From Azolla caroliniana (taxonomy: Eukaryota; Plantae; Polypodiophyta), in contig JBHGNT010000013.1 in assembly GCA_043228905.1 (NCBI GenBank), forward strand, positions 14,570,001 to 14,634,000: 64,000 bases of DNA, in the 5' to 3' direction. The notes beneath the pieces were generated by a model. The model saw only the letters and a program-made list of their open reading frames with translations, was not told the DNA's origin and did no database searches. A program made the position numbers and the translations under genes. Shown here in pieces: positions 23,788-37,004 of the stretch (the first letter of the stretch is position 1; the number at the start of each line of letters is the position of its first letter).

Positions 23788-26296
23788 ATTGCTATATCCA
23801 AGGAATATGCATGGTCGGGACTTTGGATCAAATTTTGCTCTCTTGTCCTTTGCTATATGCACTTAGGTGAGACATTCGAACACCTTTAGATGCCAGTAAG
23901 ACATGTCTTTATTGGTCCATACTCTTTGTGGTGTGGCTGCATCTAAGGGTGTAGAAGGTGATCGGTTTATCATGTAGGTCGTTGTCATCAGCACCTCAGC
24001 CCAAAACATCTTGGACAACTTAGCATGTGCTAGCATGCTCCGAACTCTCTCCATCATAGTCTAGTTCATCCTTTCGGCCAATCCGTTCAACTCTGGTGTC
24101 TTCAGCACTGTGAATTTGAGTCAGATTCCCTTCGACCAACAGTACTCCTTGATCTGTCCTCGGTATTCACGTTCGTTGTCCGCTCGAACTGCCTTCAACT
24201 TCCGGTCGGTTTCCCTTTCCACTCTCTCATGGAATTACTTGAAGATGGATAATATTGGGTCCTTCTTCTTCAACGGTGAGACCCACAACTTCCGACTGTG
24301 GTCATCTATGAACGTCACGAAGTACTGCGATCCAGCATGTGACTTCGTGTCCACCTAGCATACATTGGTATGCACAAGCTCTAGTGGTTCTTTTCTTCTT
24401 GTCGGTGGTCTCGACCGGAAATAGGTTCGGTTTTGCTTGCTAGCTAAATAGTCGGTGCATTTCTCAAGTTGCACGTCTTTCACCTCTGGAATGAGGTTAT
24501 CTTCGACAAGTTTATGCATCCCTTTCTAGCTCATGTGCCACAACTCACCGCTAGTGTCAGATACCAAGTTCACTTCTTCCCGACATATCCAGGCATGCAT
24601 CAAGTACAAGGTGTTGATCTTCCGGGCTTGTGCCATGATCACACTCCCCTTTTTGAACTTCATGACGTTGTTCTAGATGCTACCCGTGTAGCCTTCATCA
24701 TCCAGCCTATCGGTTGATATCAGGTTCAACCGAACCTCTGGAACGTGTCCTACCTCTTTCAGTAGTAGCTTGCACCCGATTGACGTCGTCAACCACACGT
24801 CTCCTATTCTGACAATCCGGCAGGCACCTTCATTCCCCATCCTCACACAGCGTGATCTCCGGCTCTATAGGATGTGATGCACTTCCGGTCGGGGGTCAGA
24901 TGGAACAACGTTCCGGAGTCAACCACCGATGTCGTCTTGTCGCTGACAAGATGTAACTCGCTCTCCCTGGTGATGAGCAGTAGTTCTTCCTCGCTTGTCG
25001 CGATTGTCATTGTTCCTTTCCGATTTGAACTCCTCCGGCCCGGACCCTTCTTAGAGTCGGCATTGTCGGGTCCTTTTTCCTTCCGAAAGTGTCGGCAATT
25101 CTTCTAGAAGTTCCCCGACTTCCCACAATAGAAGCGCGTGGGCTTCCCCCAATTTGTCTCGGTTCTGGGGACTCCGATTTTGGCATCTTCCCCAGTTATT
25201 GTCTTCTTCCGTAACCAATGCCTTTGGATCTAGCAGGCTCGACTTTACTCTTGCTAGGGATAGGTGTTTCCCTTCCGGCCCGACGTTGCCCAAAGTGACA
25301 ACTGGCGTCTCCCAACTATCTAGGAGGGATCCGTGCAGTAGCAACCCAAGTACCTCATTGGCAGGAGGTACTTCCAATGAGGTTTTTTGGTTTATTAGCC
25401 CCTAGAAGGCATTCATGTGCTCCGTCATACTGGATCCGTCTTGGTATCAGAGTCTCACTAACTTCCAGAATACTGAGACCCAATTCACAGGGATTTTACT
25501 CTCCAACATGGTACCAATTTTCTCCTAGAGCACATGGGCCTTACTTTCTTCGTTGAAGTTGTTGTACAAGCTCATGTTGATGAAGCATCTTATGTATGCC
25601 ATCGTCTTCATATGCATCACCTCCCAAGTCGTGGCATTGATCTTGTTCGGTCTTTTGTCACCAACATGTCCCTCATCTTCGACTTCCACATTGGGTAGTT
25701 GGAGCCAGTGATCTTCACATGCCGCCGAATGGATCTTCCATGATCTAATATTAGATTGTTGCAAATAGTGCTCGGCCACAACCGACTCTCGAATGCATGA
25801 TGGAAGAAATAAACAGAAAATAGCAATGCACTTCTTAAGATTGAAGAGACGACACCATATGTTAACGTGGAGACCCTAATCAAGAAAAACCACGGGAGCC
25901 CACGGACTCCAACTATCACTATGAGAGAAGAAGGGTACAATGGGAGGCATAGAGGCAATGACCTTGAGCTCTATCTTCGCCTACCGGTGGTTACAACAGA
26001 GAATGCTTTATGTTTCTCTTTATCTCATTCTGTACAACAATAATGATAACAACCTTAATGAACATTGTTGCGCTAGTTATATTTATACTTATATAACTTT
26101 AGGACTATTTACAAATATGACCTGAAATAGTCACATTGGAACATATATAAACTAATATCTAATTGATACCAACCGGATCCATCCGAACCGGTTTCCGGAT
26201 ATCTTCCGGATCCATCCGGTCTGGTTCTTTCCTTCGGCTTGTCCAACTCTCATTCGGATCCCATCCAACAACAACTTACCACTAGGGTAAGCTAAT

Positions 26297-26298
<2 letters not shown>

Positions 26299-26380
<82 letters not shown>
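26299..26380. repeat. (AG)n microsatellite
   Basis: Pure AG run of about 80 bp. Confidence 0.95.
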
Positions 26381-26382
<2 letters not shown>

Positions 26383-27484
26383 GTCCATAGATACTTTTTT
26401 GCATTCATATCTCCATCACAACGAAAATGAGGGTTTCCTCTCCAAGAGAGGGAAGTTTACTTCAAAAATCTATGGGGACTAGGGAGTAGTTCTAGTGATT
26501 AATGGGGTGGTCAATTTAGGAGTTCAGAACTCCAAGATTATGTCTCAATCTCATGGATACACTAGTCACATACAAGGGATACTAGATGTTTTCACCTTTG
26601 TGATTAGTTATTTTGTTTGATACTTGAGTTTTGTTAGGGTGAACCTCTACAATCTTAGTTGCTAGCGATTTGGAGTAGACATTCTTCTTGGAAGAATCAT
26701 GCTTGATCTAGTAAGTCTTAAAGGTCATGGTTAGCATACATGCAAGGGTAAAACAATCCATCTTTTTGGACCCTAATACCTCACTTATGTCAAGGGTAAA
26801 AACATTCCATTTTTTTGGACAGTACTACCTCAATTATGTCTAGGTTGATTAGTACCACACCAATACATTTGTGAACTATTAAGACAAGGGATTCAAAAAA
26901 TAATGGAAAAATAAATTGTTTGTCTCCGAAAGAAAACCTTAACTTCAATGCTCTTGCCTCAGGTCTTGTTCAGGCAACAATCAACCTAATTAGGGCAATA
27001 ATTGATTTAAAAACTAATTCAATACATATTTTGAATGCAAAAGCTATAGTGGTTTATTTCCACACCATAGTGGAACTTCCTCTTCATTCTTTATGACATC
27101 TTGATGTATGGTGATTATTTTCTTTATAAAAACAAATTTGTTCTTTATTTTTCACTCACATGGGACTATTTTTTGTTGATTAGGGCTTTGCGCAAATATG
27201 ACTCTTTGAGTAACAAAATATTAAGCATCCAATGCAAATGCATATCAAGGATACATAGAAAACCTAGTAAAACCCCATATGGAAATGCCTTAAGGTGTAT
27301 GAAAATAATCCATGAATTCAATGGTTATAAATTTGTTCAGAAAATAACTAGAACTTGTACAATAGATTTGAAACCATCATTATATGGGTAGATTGATACA
27401 AAAAGGGAAATAAAAAAGTCAAGTTAAGAATAGAAATGTTCATACTTACATTTATGTCGTTACAAAGACATATGTTATTACAAC

Positions 27485-28199
27485 CATAGTATGAACCATA
27501 TGTACCATTCGTGCATTCGTGCTCGAGAATGATTCAATCATTCGAGAATGATAAACAACATTGAAGAACGATAAATACCATACTTTTGGATAAATGATTT
27601 ACTATAAGGTAAATATTTTTTTCACGGTAAAAAAAATTTAAAAATTGCAAAAAAAAAAAAACAAACACATTACCTTCTTAATAACAATATGCTTTTTTTC
27701 GTAAATCTATTTATTGTAATTTTTGTGCGTATAAATTTTGTACTACATAGCTTAGTATGTGTGTATAGACATTACACGAATTACTTCAAAATGATAGAAA
27801 TTATAGACAAATTAAAGCAATTACAAGCTTTATAGAATAATTACAGAAATTATAGAATAATTTCATTTCATAAATTTCATTACAGAAATTTCATCACATA
27901 AATTTCATTACAAAAGTTTCATCACAGAAATTTCAGAAATTTCATTACAGAACTTTAAACCCTATTATTAACCCTAAATATACCTGAATCTCGTTGGTAA
28001 GTAGATCATTCGAGGCTAGGTGGGAGAGGAGAGGAGAGCGTAACGTTACGTTGATGTGTAGAGGAAAATGGGGAAAAAGAGGGAAAAAAGGAAAAAAAAG
28101 GAAAAAAACACACACGAATATTTGAATATCATTCGTGTTCATTTTCCAACGTAGGAAAACGAATGATATGGTAGACAAACGCGAATTTTACGTACTATG
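27485..28199. mobile_element. Non-autonomous hAT-like DNA transposon
   Basis: A perfect 8-bp TSD ATTACAAC flanks it (27477-27484, 28200-28207). TIRs are CATAGTATG / CGTACTATG. It has subterminal ATTCG motifs and internal AATTTCATTACAG repeats, and no ORF. Confidence 0.75.
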
Positions 28200-28329
28200 A
28201 TTACAACCATATAATCAAAAGGGTTGGTATATTCCAACGAAATATTGAAGCTAAATGGAAGTACAATCACTAATGCAAGAATGAATTTTCTTGGAGACAA
28301 TTTACCTCATTACTTTCTTCTTCTTCTTT

Positions 28330-29820
28330 TTTTCCAAAAAAGAATATACTCCTTTAGTTAAAATATATACAAACTCGATCCCTTTCTCGGGAAGGCTGAG
28401 CCAAGACTATCCTATCCTACACAAGAGATCTTGCTTATTTATCTTACACTTTCACATATGGCTCTAGCCATCCTTTCATGCACATCACCTACATTCATTA
28501 TCCCACATGCCAAGTCTTTCACGCCCCTCGTTCATCTAATGGGAGGGGGGAACAACCATTTGGGTACTTCATACTTCCATAGTATATCCATTTCATTTGC
28601 TACGGCCATTGGTGTAGTACACCATCGCTTTCAAAAATTCAACCTCATTAGTTCTGCAACATCATTAATACTATCAATCCGCTCATATTGAGCTCTTAGT
28701 GTAGTTATTAATGTGTGCCATATTAGCTTAATCGATTCAGCTGGGGGGCGTTTGTGTGCTGAAAATATCTTGGTACACCTTGTTGTCCATATATACCATA
28801 TAGTAATGGGGGCAAGCAACATCCAAAAATCTCCAAGTTTTTTATTCTGTGCACAAGTTGTAGGTACCCTGTTGTTAGTGATCATCCGCACAATGCCATT
28901 CTCCCCTATGTACTTACCATCGCATGTGCTATCGTATTTCACCACATCATCCTAAAGACAAATCCAGCAAGCATGTCCCCAGTTGAGGGTGAATGAACTA
29001 GAGGCATGGCAAAGCAAACGTAGTGCCCTTCCCCATACAACCACTGCCTCGTGACATTCCCATAGACAATGGGAAATACTTTCTATCTGTCCACAGGCAA
29101 TACATCTAGGGTCTACATTGGGGCCTTTACCCCACATCCCTACCGGCAAGGCTCTATATGCAATAAGCCATAAACACATCATTATCTTGCGGTCATATCT
29201 GTCATGCCATATCATTTTCCAGAATTTATCTAGTCTCATTTCACTAATGCCCTCATGTATCCAAAATTTCCTTGCTGCAATCTTGTCGTGTTCTTGTTCT
29301 CGAATAATTTGCCTCCCAATCTTCGTGTTATACATGAAAAATTGAACCAGCTTTTCCCCACCAGTTCGTCCTTGAGTTCTCCAACAATACATCGTTGGGT
29401 CCCATGATAACTGATCCAAATGCCCTTGTATAGGCCAACACACTATCGTCGGTGTGATCTCCGTTTGCTTACGGTCAATAATCATATTCTTGCCATTTTT
29501 TGCGATTAGGCTAATTGGCCTTTCTCTTTGAAAGGCTGGTTGCTCAACTCTTACCATTCCGTGCTCTAGTTTGTAGTAGAATACCTCATTTGATTGTACT
29601 TTCATTCCCTTAATGCCAATTAAACAGTTCTCATCATCTATAAGTTTTGTCCATGTAATTTCAGAGGTTGTTACTTCTTCCTCTTCCACGGTATTCCTAT
29701 AGCATGCAATGGCATTTGTAATTCTCTTGAGCATGCCTTTACCCCTGCTTATTCTCCATATTCTAGCCTTTTGAGAATTTACTTGATTACTTGTAGCATA
29801 GAATTGACACATGGCCATGC
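28330..29820 (-). mobile_element. 3' fragment of an L1-like LINE ORF2 (zf-RVT)
   Basis: It encodes FWKMIW..KIMMCLWLIAYRALPVG..CIACGQIESISHCLWEC..VW, then WYIWTTRCTKIF. An A-rich tract follows downstream. Confidence 0.85.
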
Positions 29821-30153
29821 AATGAAATGTAGGATCACACCTATCACAGCATGAAATGTTACATGCTTTTCATAATTGCAAATGTTAGACACTAATTATT
29901 TTTTTCCAATAATTTGAAATATTATTAATAATATGCATAAGATGTGGTTTGTTGAGGTGGACAAAAATGGATAGAACTTGAGAACTCGTCCTGACGAGAT
30001 GTGCTAGTTAGATGCTTTTTCATTGAGAACCATTTAAAACATCTATAATTGTTGCTACATAATCATAATCTTGATAAAAGAAAAGATATCCTCTCAATGA
30101 GAAACAACAATCCTTGTACAATGAAGGATTGTTTCAACTACGTTCCCCAAGTT

Positions 30154-30383
30154 GAAAACGAATCATTGAGAATCTACGAAAGAATGTGAAGTGAAGGTGT
30201 TGCTCTAGATTCATGATGAGGTCATGAAAAGGAAATTGTTGGAGAATAAGGTTTTCTTGCTACAGCTTTGGTTCATATGTATGTTACCTGTGGTATGCTT
30301 GAGAAAGAAGAAAAGTATTGGAATACCTTCATCTTCGATATGTGTTTGCTTGATCAGCTCTTATTACTGGCTATGCTCAACAA
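30154..30383 (+). pseudogene. PLS-class pentatricopeptide repeat (PPR) gene fragment
   Basis: Reading across frameshifts and stops gives ENESLRIYERM*SEGVALD / IHDEVMKRKLLENK / FLATALVHMYVTCGMLEK / *SALITGYAQQ. This matches the PLS consensus ALVDMYAKCG...W.ALI.GYAQ. Confidence 0.75.
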
Positions 30384-31045
30384 ATCGGCTATGATGAGAG
30401 TACAAGGGAATCGGTTGGTATATTTGTTTATCCAACACAACTTTTGTATTTCTTATGATTTCATAATACCAAGGTGTATCTTTTTAAGAAAAAAAAAAGT
30501 TTTCATCTTGTTAAATCAATAAACGAAACTAATTCATAATAACACAAATGAAAGAATGCACATCTCACTGAATAAGAAGTGTACTTGCTTATATTCAACA
30601 ATTGAAGAAGACATTTTGTGATTGATAATACTCAAACAAGATAGGTAGTTAATGCATATGTTCACTAGACACATCAAGTGGTCCATGAATAAACGTGAAA
30701 TGTATGATGCAACTCAATTGAAAAGCATTCTAAAAAAATATGAAAACCAAGACATGACTATGAAAAGACAATATGAAAAGAGAAATAGAGCCAAGGAGAA
30801 ATTCAAATGGACAAACATATGTACTTATAAAATGAGATTAACATGCATGGGATTTCAATAGAGATATGGATCAATTTCAACAGTGAAATATGGTGTAGCA
30901 ACAAATGACAAACAAGTTTGTTCACATTAGATGAAGGGATTTAGGGAGGTGGAAAATAAATGGTTGAACCTACTAGCATAGAAAGGCCAAAACATGCCTT
31001 TCAGTTGCTTATAACATATGTATTTGAAGTTATATCATTGTTTGA

Positions 31046-31168
31046 AAAATATTTTGAGACCCGAAAAGTGAATTTTAAGACCCGAAAAGTGAAAAATATT
31101 TTGAGACCCGAAAAATATTTTGAGACCCGAAAAATATTTTGAGACCCGAAAATTTGCAATGCCCCTAT
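31046..31168. repeat. ~19-bp tandem repeat (TTTTGAGACCCGAAAAATA), possibly a DNA-transposon subterminal array
   Basis: There are five GACCCGAAAA units, followed by CAATGCCCCTA, which is a hAT-like TAGGGG terminus on the minus strand. Confidence 0.6.
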
Positions 31169-31743
31169 TAAAAGAATATCAAGGATACTCATACAATTCC
31201 ATTTTCTTTGGCTCCTATGAATTAAGCCATACAAAAATCACAAGCAAAAGGGCTTGGATATTGTGAAGAATATGAAAGAGGTGTTGATTCATATGTACAA
31301 TATGCCATCTATGTGTTGAAGCTCCGTTAAATCAATGAAATTTCTCCGTTAAATCAATGAAATATCTTGCTCTTTCGTGGAAGACATTGGTTGATGATGT
31401 GGTGATGATGATTGATGATATGGCTGATGGTGTGAACAATGCTAAAAACATCATTTGATCTATCATACATCTTCCTTTTTGTGACTTTATTCTTTTTCCT
31501 CCCCGCTCTCTTCATTCATTTTTCATCTCCTACTTTGATCACAATTAACACAATGATGTCCATCCCTAGCATGTCATGTCTCTCTTTTCCATTGTCGTCT
31601 AACAACAATTTCACCCTCTATTGATGTCTTTATTTTTTTGTTCTTAGCTCCTTTTTACCTAATATCTCATCTACCAAACTCATTACCCCATCTATTATCT
31701 TTGCCTTAGTTTCACTCAAAAAGTTTTGTTACCAACTTTGTGA

Positions 31744-32041
31744 CATACTATACATCCATTTCACTAAGAATAATGCAGTTGTTGTCATTCATAGATGGTA
31801 CTATCAAATAATTAAATTAGTTACCATAACTCAACTAATCTAATTTATTGTGTCCAAGTTTTTTCATACATAACAAAAACCTAGGGAGGATACATACAAT
31901 ACATCCATTTCACTAAGATAAACTTTTGACCCATATGATACATTTGTTGTCATTCATAGATGTTACTACCAAATAATTAAATTAGTTATCATTACTCACC
32001 TAATCTAATTTATTGTATCTAAGTTTTCTTAGACATAACAA
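31744..32041. repeat. Diverged ~150-bp tandem duplication
   Basis: TACATCCATTTCACTAAGA...AATAATTAAATTAGTTA...TAATCTAATTTATTG occurs twice. Confidence 0.75.
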
Positions 32042-34112
32042 TAAATGATAAATAATAACTAAGATTCTAATGAGAAAGTCTAGTGCTAAGCAAGATTCAA
32101 GATTTTGATGTTGTATAACATGACAAGGAGATGTATTTAAATACGCAAAAGCAAAAATGACATCGACAACTTACATGACAAGAAGAGCATAGACATTATC
32201 CCTTGATTTAGCATATATTTAGAACTAATGTCGAACTACCATATTCAATGATGCAAGAAACTCATAGATACTTATTTATGTTCAATGTGATAAAGCAAAA
32301 TTGATATTGTGTAGTGTTAAGTATTTGTCGACGACTTCATCAACTATGCTTTGTTGGCATAAACATTGGAATCAACATGATGAGACAATATAATGGGAGC
32401 AAGAGAACATGTACAACCTAGAAAGGGATTTGATTTCCCTATGCATAATGTGAAAGGGGACAAATACAAAAGGACTAAAATATAAGGGAAGTAAAATAGT
32501 CAACATTTTAGCTCTTCTTTTTTTCCCTTGTTTCCCAACATAAGTTGAAGGCATTTCATACCCAAAATAGCACCTGTGACGAATAATAAGAAAGATTTCC
32601 ACTTTACAACTATCGTTCCAAGTGAATCTTCATCGATGAACCCACCCCCGTGCACAATCAATGTAAATTGAACCAGAACGAAATTGTGTAGGACTATGAT
32701 GAAGCAAAAGGAAATTGCATGGGTTGAAAATAGAAACTAACACGTACTTGGGTTAGGAGGTTTTGAACCAAAACACTGCATTATGGAGCATTTTGTTACA
32801 TTGAGGGTAAGTATGTAAGAAAGTTGGCTACAAGGAGAAACATTTTGAAAATGCTTTTGATAAAGTACTACAATTTGAGACTTGGAATGTTATGGTGGAA
32901 ATTTATAGAATTGGATTGGATGTATAGCTCAACACAGAGCAATAAGTTGCATTTTAATACTTCATTGGTTAGTCAACCCCAGTCGCACACTCTTCTTCTT
33001 AGAAAATTGGACTAATCTAATATTTGAAAAATGTATAACAATCATGTCCACAATATTGGTGAGCTCAAATATTCCTAAATTGGATACCACTATGATAGAG
33101 AAGCTAGTTGAAAGTAGAAACAAATGTGAATTGTTGGTTATGTTTTATCTTTAATTGTGGTACAAAGTCTTGTTGTGTTTTAAATTGTAATACAAAAGGG
33201 CTTAAATCGGGTATCAAATTATCATATAATAGTGGTAGGGTCAAATATTTGTAAAATTGAACAACATTATGATAGGGAAAAAAATAAATACATCAATTAA
33301 AGTAGAAACAAATCCGAACTACAAACCATATAGTTACGTTATGTGTAATTGTCTTACAAACTTGGCAACAACGAAAAACACTTTCATTGTTATTTTTGTT
33401 GATTTTAGAAAAGGTATTAATGCAATGGTAGGAAATGAGCTTTAGATGGGATGGTGGAAATTGGCAAGCAATTAGAGTATCAACTTGCATTACACATCCT
33501 GTTATAGCTCAATTACATGTATACCTTGACAACGAGGTATTTTGTTATAAATGAAAAAAAGAATTGATGGACCGCCGACATCAACGCCCCGAGAGCGATC
33601 CGGTGCATCCACTCTCAATCCAATATTTGTCGAAGGAACTTCAGACATCTCATTGGCGCCAGAGGATGAAGCAACTATCCTATAGGAGGTGGTTCACTTA
33701 TGGATCCGAGTAGAGGGAATCTTCTGCATTTGTTGCATGCATCTATACAAGTAAATTTGAATAGAATCACAGACATTCAGATGTTAGGACGTGGTTGTTA
33801 TCAATTAGAATTAGAGAAGGGCAAATAAGTTTCTCGTGTCTTGTCTTTGGGTTCGGTTGATCTTTGTTGGGGATATGTCCCTCCAGTGGGAGGAACCGAC
33901 TGTTCGGAAATAGCCAACAACCGATAGTCGATAGCTGACAGTCGAAGAGTCAACAACAGAGAGTCGATTATTATTATTATAGTAATAATAATAGTAATGA
34001 TATGTTGCAGTGGCTACAATTGTAAATAGTTCACACGATGTATCAGTATATATATACATCTAGGGCAAACATACTAAGGTGATGATAACAGAAGTGTGCA
34101 TAAGAGAGACAT

Positions 34113-34145
<33 letters not shown>

Positions 34146-37004
34146 CCATAATTGTGTGCGTAACAACAGACACCAAGAACCCTGATACACTCATAATCAA
34201 AGTGTTGTAATCTCTGCCTTGTACATCCACTGTATAGTATCGTTTGATCTTGTGGTTTTACGAATCGATTCTCAACAATCTGGTATCAGAGCTTGAGGTG
34301 CCAGCATGGAAGGAGGTGTGAGCGGCTTCCCAGGTACGATAGTTCTAAACTCACAGAACTATGCAGACTGGAAAATAAAGATGGAGGACCTTCTCATAGT
34401 CAAAGACCTATACGAGCCAGTTGATAGAGCAGATATACCCAGGAGGGTATTGGAGTCGGATTGGAAACTTCTTAACAAAAAGGCGGTGGCCACCATCCGA
34501 CAATGCGTCGACGTAAGTGTCTTGCAACATGTGGCGAACAACACAAATGCACACGAGATGTGGCAGAAGCAGTCAAGTCTATATGAGAGGAAGAACGCGC
34601 TAAATAAAACATCACTGATGAGAAAGATCGTACAGCTGAAATACAGTGACGGTGAGAGCATCGTCGAACACATCAACACATTCATGGGGTATGGGAATCA
34701 ACTTGTTGCAACCAAGTTTCCCCTGGATGATGCGATGCCGGCCATCTGCTGATGTGCACACTGCCAGATAGCTGGGAGAACCTGGTGGTTACTCTCAGCA
34801 CCTCTTGTCAAGAAGAGAACTTGTCTTTATAAACCGTAAAGACAAGCATCCTAAATGAGAAGGCAAGGAGGAAGGGCACTTAGGGAGTCCTGTCCCAATC
34901 GGAGTAGAATGTAACACAACATTCGGACAAAGGAAGGAACCGGCAAAGAAGTCCACCAAGGAGAGAAAAGTCCCAAGCCAGATCAAAGTCCAGAGGTAAG
35001 CTAGTGTGCTTTTACTGTGGTAAACCTGGACACTTCCAAAAGGACTGCCGACACATAAGAAAAGACAAGGGTGTCGGAAACAATGTCAAACCTAGGAAGA
35101 TTCTTGATGAGAAGAACACTTCTGTTATTGCTACGAGCAATGAAGAACTGTTGTTCATCTGTGAACAAACAAGTGCAAATCTTGCAAGTGAAGAATGCAC
35201 TTGGGTGATCGTTCCACATAACTCCGTTGCGAGAGTATTTCTTGACTTACATAGCCGGAGGTCATGATTATGTGAAAATGGGTGATAGTGGAGAGTGCAA
35301 GATAGCCGGAGTCGGAATTGTCTGCTTGACGACGTTGACAGGGTGTCGACTGACTTTGAAGGATGTTCAACACGTCCCCGATATCAGATTGAATCTGATA
35401 TCAACTGGAAGGTTAGATGACGAAGGCTATAGTGGTAGCTTTCGGAATGGCAAGTGGAAGTTCTATCGAGGAAATCTTATAGTGGCCCGAGCACAGAAAG
35501 AAGGCACATTATATATGATGCATGCCCGATTGTGTAAATCAGAAGTAAATGTGGCAACCGACTCGGCAGGAGAGATATGGCATAAGAGGCTAGGCCACAT
35601 GAGTGAGAAAGGAATGCACCTGCTAGCCGACCAACATTCCACACAAGACCACCAAGAAGAAGAGAAGTTGCACTGGAACTGGTGGACAGTACTTTGTGAT
35701 GTTCATCGACGACTATAGTCTGAAGACATGGGCCTTCGTACTGAAGTCGAAGGATCAACACCTGTCGGTTTTCAAGGAGTTCCAGGCTAGAACTGAACGA
35801 GAGTCGGGTCGGAAGTTGAAGGTTGTTCGAAACGACAACGGTGGCGAGTATAGAGGGCAATTCGAGGAATATTGCAAGTGCCAAGGTATTCGGATCGAAT
35901 ACACAGTGCCAAAGACCCCAGAGTTGAACGGGCTTGCAGAGAGGATGAATCGAACAATCATGGAGAGTGTAAGGAGCATGCTCTCTAATGCGAAACTGCC
36001 AAAATCCTATTTGGGCTGAGGCGATGTACACATCTGTTTATCTAATCAACAGGTCTCCCTCAGTACCATTAAAGGGTGATGTCCCACAGAGAGTGTGGAC
36101 AGGGAAGGATGTCTCCTACCAACACCTGAGGGTGTTCGGATGTTTGGGGTATATGCATGTACCAAAGGATTAGAGGTCAAATCTCGATAGTAAGTCGAAA
36201 GCATGCATATTCATGGGACACTCGAAAGATGAGCTCGGCTATAGGCTATGGGACCTAGTCAACAAGACAGTAGTGAGAAGTCGAGACATAGTCTTTCTTG
36301 AAGATAAGACGATTGAAGACTAGAAGCAACAAATGTCGGATACGACTCCCTAGTCAACCACGACTATCGTCGATCTAAGGTCAAGTGAACCGACAACATC
36401 GGTTGTTCGGAGACGGCCAATCGGCACAGCCGAATCCAGGTCGGTCGACTCGGAGAGACCGACCGATTATGAGTCAGAGTCAGCAAAGCCGCTAAGGTCA
36501 ATTGAAGAGTATGAGATGGAGTCATCCAACCTGGAGATGCCGATTAACGTGCAGGAACCCGAGCGGAGAGAAGAGTTGGCAAAGACATCCGAAAGAGAAC
36601 CAACACCGAGCGGAAGGAGATAACCACTTAGAGAAAGGAAATCACTAACAACATATGTCAGTCAATACATCCTCTTGACTGATGAAGGTGAACTGGAGTG
36701 CTATGAAGAAGCCATTGCTGATGAGCACAGAGAGAAATGGCTGAACGCGATGCAAGATGAGATGGAATCCCTGCACGAGAATTACACCTACGACTTGGTA
36801 GAGCTGCCGAAAGGTAAGAGAGCACTCAGGAATAAGTGGGTCTACAAGGTGAAGACTAGAGAAGCCAACAATGAGCCCAGGTATAAAGTCCGCATAGTGG
36901 TGAAGGGTTTTCAATAGAAAAAGGGCGTCGACTTCGACGAAATATTCGTACCAGTCGTGAAGATGACATCCATTCGAACTGTTATGAGTATGGCGGCCAA
37001 TATG

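Larger units (their letters stand above)
17736..26270 (-). mobile_element. 5' part (LTR, gag, PR, INT) of Tork-like Copia element A, split by the 18077-23787 insertion
   Basis: The LTR is at ~25770-26270. Gag starts near 25742 (WEVMHMKTMAYIRCFI). Integrase pieces run 23863-24400. CIFLGY|SNDESGYRVWD is continuous across the insertion. Confidence 0.85.

Noticed and set aside
33567-33760. GC-richer island that might be an exon
   Set aside because: It has no recognisable domain or convincing open frame.
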